This document shows, in pieces, positions 1 through 6,929 of a stretch of DNA of 6,929 nucleotides (the stretch's first letter is position 1; every line of letters begins with the position of its first letter). The position numbers were made by a program, and so were the translations under genes. The stretch is from the IMG/VR virus record IMGVR_UViG_2751185958_000012; one strand, written 5' to 3'. Source of the stretch: a virus (taxonomy: Duplodnaviria; Heunggongvirae; Uroviricota; Caudoviricetes). The notes below the pieces were generated by a model. The model had not been told where the DNA came from. It was given only the letters and a program-made list of their open reading frames with translations, and did no database searches.

Positions 1-96
1 GTAGCTGAACAGGAGGGACAGCTGATAGAAACAGAAGCCACTGGAGCACCTCAAAAACACCATCATACACTAAATCAGTAAGTTGGCAGCATCACC
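1..96 (-). mobile_element. IS1 left-end fragment; the element continues off the left edge of the window
   Basis: The reverse complement of 1..96 reads GGTGATGCTGCCAACTTACTGATTTAGTGTATGATGGTGTTTTTGAGGTGCTCCAGTGGCTTCTGTTTCTATCAGCTGTCCCTCCTGTTCAGCTAC. I recognise this as the IS1 IRL plus the start of insA (GTG at 41..39 on the minus strand, encoding ASVSISCPSCSAT). The terminus ...gcatcacc ends at position 96. Confidence 0.8.
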
Positions 97-144
97 GGCT
101 GGCTGCTATGATAAGGCGTCTTGTTTTTTAAGCGAGGAAAGATT

Positions 145-900
145 TTGAGTGCGGGACGCCTGAATAAAAAATCTCTGGGTATCGTGATGTTGTTATCGGT
201 TGGACTGCTTTTGGCGGGCTGTTCGGGTAGCAAATCATCCGATACAGGAACGTATTCCGGCTCCGTTTACACCGTGAAACGGGGGGATACGCTATATCGT
301 ATTTCGCGCACCACGGGAACCAGCGTAAAAGAACTGGCGCGACTGAACGGCATTTCCCCCCCTTACACCATTGAAGTTGGTCAGAAACTAAAACTGGGTG
401 GGGCGAAAAGTAGCAGTAGTACACGTAAATCAACCGCCAAATCAACGACCAAAACCGCATCGGTTACACCGTCATCAGCGGTACCGAAATCTTCCTGGCC
501 GCCAGTAGGGCAACGTTGTTGGTTATGGCCAACGACAGGGAAAGTTATCATGCCGTATTCGACAGCAGATGGCGGCAATAAAGGGATTGATATCTCAGCT
601 CCACGGGGTACACCTATTTACGCCGCGGGTGCAGGAAAGGTGGTGTATGTGGGCAACCAGCTGCGTGGCTACGGTAATCTCATCATGATTAAACACAGTG
701 AAGATTACATTACGGCTTACGCCCATAATGACACGATGCTGGTAAATAATGGGCAAAGCGTGAAGGCTGGGCAAAAAATCGCCACTATGGGGAGCACGGA
801 TGCGGCATCTGTTCGCCTGCATTTCCAGATTCGTTACCGAGCAACGGCAATTGATCCGCTACGTTACTTGCCGCCGCAGGGCAGCAAGCCAAAATGCTGA
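145..900 (+). CDS. ygeR: Outer-membrane lipoprotein with a LysM domain and a degenerate LytM (M23 peptidase-like) domain, YgeR
   Basis: ORF 121..900. The likely start is TTG at 145, preceded by GAGGA (134..138), giving 251 aa beginning MSAGRLNKKSLGIVMLLSVGLLLAGC. It has a lipobox LLAGC and a LysM segment YTVKRGDTLYRISRTTGTSVKELARLNGISPPYTIEVGQKLKL. An S/T/K-rich linker follows. The C-terminal M23-like fold (GIDISAPRGTPIYAAGAGKVVYVG...LHFQIRY) lacks the canonical HxxxD and HxH metal ligands. I recognise the sequence as E. coli YgeR, which neighbours glyU. Confidence 0.9.
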   Translation: MSAGRLNKKSLGIVMLLSVGLLLAGCSGSKSSDTGTYSGSVYTVKRGDTLYRISRTTGTSVKELARLNGISPPYTIEVGQKLKLGGAKSSSSTRKSTAKSTTKTASVTPSSAVPKSSWPPVGQRCWLWPTTGKVIMPYSTADGGNKGIDISAPRGTPIYAAGAGKVVYVGNQLRGYGNLIMIKHSEDYITAYAHNDTMLVNNGQSVKAGQKIATMGSTDAASVRLHFQIRYRATAIDPLRYLPPQGSKPKC

Positions 901-933
901 TGGCGAATTAATCAGCAGTCAGCAGCGCGGCAC

Positions 934-961
934 TTGCTAAGGAGAGCGTAAGGTTTATAAT
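934..961 (+). promoter_or_regulatory. Probable sigma70 promoter of glyU
   Basis: TTGCTA (934..939), a 16-nt spacer, then TATAAT (956..961). A GC-rich discriminator gccttacgc follows, typical of stringently controlled tRNA promoters. The -10 element lies about 18 nt upstream of the mature tRNA 5' end. Confidence 0.45.
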
Positions 962-978
962 GCCTTACGCATCTCGAA

Positions 979-1052
979 GCGGGCGTAGTTCAATGGTAGA
1001 ACGAGAGCTTCCCAAGCTCTATACGAGGGTTCGATTCCCTTCGCCCGCTCCA
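979..1052 (+). tRNA. glyU: tRNA-Gly, anticodon CCC
   Basis: A 74-nt cloverleaf folded by hand. Acceptor stem GCGGGCG/CGCCCGC, D arm GTTC-AATGGTA-GAAC, anticodon arm AGAGC-TTCCCAA-GCTCT with CCC at 1011..1013. Variable loop ATAC, T arm GAGGG-TTCGATT-CCCTT, encoded CCA end. Confidence 0.95.
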
Positions 1053-1186
1053 TGACACTTCTTAAAGTTCAATAACTTACTGAATCCTAAGGGATACGGC
1101 TTAAAGCCTTCCGAGAGTTTTACTCACTGTAACCAACACTGTGACTAACTTTGTTGAAGTAGTGAGCAGACCTAAGGTCTCAGTAC

Positions 1187-3465
<2,279 letters not shown>

Positions 3466-3471
3466 AGGGGG

Positions 3472-3494
3472 ACTAAACTATCACTATAGGGAGA
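3472..3494 (+). promoter_or_regulatory. T7-type single-subunit phage RNAP promoter (site B), predicted +1 G at 3489
   Basis: ACTAAACTATCACTATAGGGAGA versus T7 consensus TAATACGACTCACTATAGGGAGA. All 14 positions from -8 to +6 are identical (TCACTATAGGGAGA). Positions -12 to -9 read ACTA, versus CGAC in T7 and ACCC in T3. An exact 22-nt copy recurs at 4027..4048. Confidence 0.7.
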
Positions 3495-4027
3495 GACCCT
3501 AAGTCCCCCCGGCTTAATACAGCCACCGACCCACACATTCATTAAATCTCAGGCTTCCGGTAGCGGACCGATTGGAAACCATCCGCAATAAGCCTAGTGT
3601 TAAATCACCTTGGCCTGAGACCATTCCCTTTAACGTAGCAATCTCTCTCCTTTGACAGGCGGAGAACATCAGACCTCAGCGGAACTTCCGTCTATGAGAC
3701 CATCGGTGTGCGAGATTGTGAAGAACCAAGACATCATTGCTGAGGTCTGCCATCCATTGTGGACAGGCGGAAACTCAAAGAGGTTAGACCAGTAGTGGTG
3801 TCTGAGGTCGGACTTTGAGTCCTGACCAGCAGGCTGGAGGAGACCATGAGTTTATCTTGTTATGGATTGTGTTATCACAATTCCAATAAGAAGAACTTTA
3901 AGTCCAGCCTCCACTCCCGCCAACCCGAAGTAAACTATGGTCGCTATGATGTGGTCTCCATGCTTCGGGTCTTACTGGAAGTACTGAACACTTTCGCGTC
4001 AAGTTCTCCGAAGTTCATTCCTGTTTG
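3495..4027 (+). other. Untranslated, repeat- and stem-rich region downstream of promoters A and B; a possible phage-RNAP-made structured RNA or cis-acting replication/packaging region
   Basis: The only ORF is a doubtful 60-aa frame (3846..4028). TGAGACCAT/GAGACCAT occurs three times (3617, 3696, 3840) and GACAGGCGGA twice (3654, 3762). There is an 11-bp inverted repeat CAGACCTCAGC/GCTGAGGTCTG (3670..3680 / 3739..3749). A nested hairpin pairs AGGCTT...GCGGA..TGG-aaa-CCA-TCCGC...AAGCCT (3551..3595). ACTCAAAG/CTTTGAGT pair at 3773..3780 / 3813..3820. An AT-rich patch lies at 3846..3900. Confidence 0.3.
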
Positions 4028-4050
4028 ACTAAACTATCACTATAGGGACC
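4028..4050 (+). promoter_or_regulatory. T7-type single-subunit phage RNAP promoter (site C), predicted +1 G at 4045
   Basis: ACTAAACTATCACTATAGGGACC is identical to site B from -18 to +4. The predicted transcript 5' end can fold: GGACCA/TGGTCC plus TCTCGC/GCGAGA within 4046..4100. This resembles the 5' stem-loops of T7 late transcripts. The site lies 320 nt upstream of the AAGGAG-ATG (4365) of the Rha-like gene. Confidence 0.7.
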
Positions 4051-4364
4051 ATATCTCGCCTCTGACCTCCTGAGAGACGGCAAGCGAGAAACCGTGGTCC
4101 ACGCTAGCAAGCTAGCCACCAGCCTAAGGCAAGACAGCCTCTGGTCAGCCTGTGTGTTCTTTGGTCTCGTGACTTAAGTCTATCACCACACACGCTCGGA
4201 CATGCTGTCGAACCTTCATCTCTATGGTCATCGCAGACCACTAACCCCAATTACCTCAAGTCATTCTGTTTGCGTCCTGTTGCCTGCTGGTCTCCCTTTA
4301 CGTGGGGGCTTGAGTAGGTCAGTGGGGTGCGACTTCAGGGTGCAAACAAAAGGAGTACACGTAA

Positions 4365-5336
4365 ATGACCCAACAAGAAATCAGCGTCATTAACTGAACC
4401 GCCCCGGGAATCCTGGAGACTAAACTCCCTGAGAAAGAGGTAAACAGGATGACTAAAAATACTCGTTTTTCCCCCGAAGTCCGTCAGAGGGCGATTCGTA
4501 TGGTTCTGGAAAGTCAGGGCGAATATGACTCACAGTGGGCGGCAATTTGTTCCATTGCCCCAAAGATTGGCTGTACACCGGAGACTCTGCGTGTCTGGGT
4601 ACGCCAGCATGAGCGGGATACCGGAGGCGGTTCAAACCTCGACCAGCTTGTCTCCATGACCTCAATTGAAATTGCTGAGCTGACAGGCAAGGAGCACCGA
4701 AATGTCCTGCGTGATATTCGCAATATGGCTGAGGAGCTTAACGCGCTCAAAACTGAGCAGTGCTCAAAACTGAGCAGTCATATCGGGGTGACTAAAGATG
4801 TTTATCTAAACGCGCAGGGGAAACAGCAGCCTCTGTACCGTCTCGACCGTAAGCATACTTTTATTCTGGTCGCTGGCTATTCCGTTCACCTCCGCGCCAA
4901 GTGTTACGACCATATTCAGACGTTAGAGCGTCGAGTCCTTCAACTGGAAGACCAGAAGAAGCGAGCAGCCATTCAGTCTGCTAACCGTCGAGGCGTGACT
5001 TGGGGCGACTACTGCAAAACCTATGATCTACCCGCTCAGAAGCTAATGACCGCACTTCTCCAGCATCGTGGCCTCTTTCGTAAGAACCCAATCAGTAACG
5101 AGTGGTCTGTAAATCCGAAGTATTCCGACTGCTTCCGTATCATTAAGCCGTCTGACCAGAAGTTCTCAGCAGGTGGTTATAACTTTCGCTTCAACGCTAA
5201 GGGATTGGAGGTCTTCGGTAAGCCTGCGATAGTCGATAAACTGCGAGGCATCCTTATTGCCTTCACTGGCACCGACCAGCAGAAGCAAGAGCATCTCCTG
5301 AAGCAGGCCCAATCCGGCAAGCTGGAGGGACTCTAA
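4365..5336 (+). pseudogene. Rha-N / KilA-C (ANT) antirepressor-like phage regulatory gene, split after codon 10 by a 240-bp IS629 derivative
   Basis: AAGGAG (4350..4355) then ATG 4365 encodes MTQQEISVIN and runs into the TGA of the IS terminus. Removing 4395..4637 (the IS plus one AAC copy) restores an in-frame ORF: [40 protein letters not shown]... The N-terminal part is Rha-like ([16 protein letters not shown]). The C-terminal part ([29 protein letters not shown]...) resembles the KilA-C/ANT domain. Confidence 0.75.
4395..4634 (+). mobile_element. Internally deleted IS629 (IS3 family) derivative, 240 bp
   Basis: It starts TGAACCGCCCCGGGAATCCTGGAGACTAAACTCCCTGAGAAAGAGGTAAACAGGATGACTAAAAAT, which is the IS629 IRL and orfA start. 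It encodes [61 protein letters not shown], and similarity to OrfA stops there. Terminal 9-bp inverted repeats are TGAACCGCC (4395..4403) and GGCGGTTCA (4626..4634). It is flanked by direct AAC repeats (4392..4394 and 4635..4637). Confidence 0.85.
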
Positions 5337-5337
5337 G

Positions 5338-5529
5338 ATGATTGACCCGCGCACACCTGAGGGCCGCATGACTCTCCGTTACCGTGGCTACCGGACTGAA
5401 GTCCTCCTCAGAGAGCTTGGTCTAGACCCGGAAGATGAGACCCGCCAGCACCAATCACGAGACGAGCTGATAGTGCAACTGGTCGCTATGAAACTGCCGT
5501 CAGCTAGCAAGCTAGCGCCTAACCGTTAG
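5338..5529 (+). CDS. Hypothetical small protein, 63 aa
   Basis: GGAGG (5324..5328) lies 9 nt upstream of the ATG. The start sits 1 nt after the upstream stop (TAAgATG), so translational coupling is likely. I recognise no family. Confidence 0.5.
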   Translation: MIDPRTPEGRMTLRYRGYRTEVLLRELGLDPEDETRQHQSRDELIVQLVAMKLPSASKLAPNR

Positions 5530-5649
5530 CAGCTCACCTACTTAATACCTCATTTTAAACCTTTTGAGATGACCGATGCGGGGAGACGCCGCAGGACTAA
5601 ACACGCCTGTGGTCGACCGATAGTCTCAACCTCAAAGGAGTACCAGCAT

Positions 5650-6141
5650 ATGTTATTCAACAACAACGAATGGAAACTGTCAGTCACCGACATCGACCTT
5701 TACGCAAATACTTGCAAGCTGGACGGTCAGTCCTATCCGTTGTCGCTCGCTATCAAGACCCTCATTCCGGGCTATCTGTCAGGCCTGCCGTCTACCAGCC
5801 GCGAGGCAATGGAGTTACTGGAAGCTCTGGCTGAAGCTGGTGTAGCTATTGGCAACTTCTTCAGTAATGACCTGCTGACCGCCTACCAACGCCGCCAGAT
5901 GAATAAGCGTGTCGAGGCTGAGCGTATCGCTAAAGAGCTGGCGTCTCAGAAAGAGCGTACCCGCGAAATGTTCATGACCGAAGACGAATGGCAGAAAGAG
6001 CTACAGCGCCGCGAACAGGTCAAAGCTGAACGCCGGACATATGGTGAGAACCTCCGCAGTGCTACCCATTCCGCTGGTCGCTCACGTGCATCAATTATGG
6101 CTGACCTCGATAGTGGCGCTAACTGGATGGACAGCTTGTAA
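5650..6141 (+). CDS. Hypothetical protein, 163 aa, with a charged and probably coiled-coil C-terminal half
   Basis: The ORF is open from 5569, but AAAGGAGTAC sits 9 nt before ATG 5650 (MLFNNNEWKL...). This is the same AAAGGAGTAC context as the RBS at 4349. The segment RRQMNKRVEAERIAKELASQKERTREMFMTEDEWQKELQRREQVKAERR is strongly charged and helical in character. I recognise no family. Confidence 0.6.
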   Translation: MLFNNNEWKLSVTDIDLYANTCKLDGQSYPLSLAIKTLIPGYLSGLPSTSREAMELLEALAEAGVAIGNFFSNDLLTAYQRRQMNKRVEAERIAKELASQKERTREMFMTEDEWQKELQRREQVKAERRTYGENLRSATHSAGRSRASIMADLDSGANWMDSL

Positions 6142-6224
6142 GCAAGCGACCCTCATCTGAGAACACACGGTCCCTGACTGCCTGTTAGGGACTTCAAGTA
6201 TTTGACTCAAGGAGATTAATTATT

Positions 6225-6479
6225 ATGACCATGACAAAAGACGCTTTACAGTTTGGCATTGAGCCAGTTCGCATTACTGATACTGACAACATGCAGGTAA
6301 ACGAAGGTCTCCCGACTAACGCCGACCCTCAGGTCTATGCCTTCCAGTTAGCTAAGCTGGTGAAGACCATGCTCAATTCTGTACTTAAAGACGCTCAGGA
6401 TAACATTCCGTTCCCTGTAGAAGTCCTGCCGACCCGTAACAGCTTACCGACTCCAATCATTGCTCACACTCTGGCTGGG

Positions 6480-6482
<3 letters not shown>
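6225..6482 (+). pseudogene. Hypothetical island gene truncated at its 3' end by the IS911-like insertion (85 codons remain)
   Basis: AAGGAG (6209..6214) lies 10 nt before ATG 6225. The reading frame ends at TGA 6480..6482, which is the first three bases of the IS terminal repeat TGAAGTGG. The native C-terminus is therefore missing. Confidence 0.55.

Positions 6483-6929
<447 letters not shown>

Noticed and set aside
121-144. Upstream extension of the ygeR ORF from TTG at 121 (MFFKRGKI...)
   Set aside because: There is no RBS before 121, whereas GAGGA (134..138) sits 6 nt before TTG 145. The 251-aa product from 145 starts with a normal lipoprotein signal peptide and matches the YgeR length I recall.
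128-822. Three minus-strand ORFs (128..460, 381..578, 595..822) opposite ygeR
   Set aside because: They are antisense shadow frames of a well-supported gene. Their composition is low-complexity or odd (W/C/R-rich), with no RBS and no recognisable domains.
121-900. Calling the LysM/M23 lipoprotein NlpD
   Set aside because: The domain architecture is the same, but the sequence and the neighbourhood fit the paralogue YgeR. glyU lies downstream here, not rpoS.
946-970. Hairpin GCGTAAGG-tttataatg-CCTTACGC after ygeR as a possible terminator
   Set aside because: It has no trailing T-run. Its loop and right arm coincide with the -10 TATAAT and GC discriminator of the glyU promoter. I treat it as promoter context, and at most a weak ygeR terminator.
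3846-4028. 60-aa ORF (MSLSCYGLCYHNSNKK...) between promoters B and C
   Set aside because: In its favour, GGAGG lies 5 nt upstream and the stop abuts promoter C, as in T7 gene layout. Against it, the peptide is Cys/Ser/Asn-rich with atypical codons compared with neighbouring island genes, it lies in an AT-rich patch, and I recognise no family. It is left unannotated and could be revisited if conserved in homologues.
4202-4393. 63-aa ORF in the leader between promoter C and the Rha-like start
   Set aside because: It has no RBS and is in a different frame from the AAGGAG-ATG at 4365. It ends at a TAA (4391..4393) just before the IS terminus, and the peptide is proline/arginine-rich and implausible.
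4418-4426. GACTAAACT inside the IS629 left end, identical to the upstream half of promoters B and C
   Set aside because: It lacks the essential CACTATAG core and is, as far as I recall, native IS629 sequence. It is most likely coincidence.
4453-4750. Minus-strand ORFs 4453..4665 and 4514..4750
   Set aside because: They are antisense to the IS629 orfA fragment and the Rha-like CDS, so they are shadow frames.
5166-5369. Minus-strand 67-aa ORF
   Set aside because: It is antisense to the 3' end of the Rha-like gene and the start of the next gene, and has no RBS.
5569-5649. N-terminal extension MTDAGRRRRTKHACGRPIVSTSKEYQH of the 5569..6141 ORF, and a possible promoter at GGGAGACGCC/GACTAAAC (5581..5602)
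   Set aside because: ATG 5569 has no RBS, whereas AAAGGAGTAC precedes ATG 5650. The GGGAGA and GACTAAAC strings are not arranged as a promoter, since no CACTATA core lies upstream. GACTAAAC lies in the loop of a small hairpin (CCGCAGG/CCTGTGG), possibly an intergenic processing or stability element, but this is too weak to call.

Overview
E. coli/Shigella-type chromosome. From left to right the window holds the terminal 96 bp of an IS1 copy, the LysM/LytM lipoprotein gene ygeR, and tRNA-Gly(CCC) glyU with its promoter. Directly after the tRNA 3' end (pos 1052/1053) an integrated island begins and runs to the right edge. All island genes are on the + strand. They are a 535-aa tyrosine integrase, a zinc-ribbon/DUF4145 gene overlapping it by 8 nt, about 0.9 kb with no convincing ORF, a Rha-N/KilA-C antirepressor-like gene, and three tightly packed genes of unknown function. 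The main observation is that the ORF-free stretch carries three T7-type (single-subunit phage RNA polymerase) promoter sequences. Two are an exact 22-nt repeat, GACTAAACTATCACTATAGGGA at 3471 and 4027, matching the T7 consensus at all 14 positions from -8 to +6 at site B (12 of 14 at site C) but differing in the specificity region. The third is a weaker site in tandem at 3443. They point into a repeat- and stem-rich untranslated region and then into the Rha-like operon. I infer that island expression, or its replication and packaging, is gated by the RNA polymerase of an infecting T7-like phage. This would make it a candidate satellite or infection-triggered defence module, or alternatively a decayed temperate T7-like prophage. 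The island is decayed by IS elements. A 240-bp internally deleted IS629 derivative with an AAC target duplication splits the Rha-like gene after codon 10 and creates the chimeric ORF 4449..5336. An IS911-like element cuts off the last island ORF at 6480. Family and IS names are recognised from memory of protein and terminal-repeat sequences; no database search was possible.
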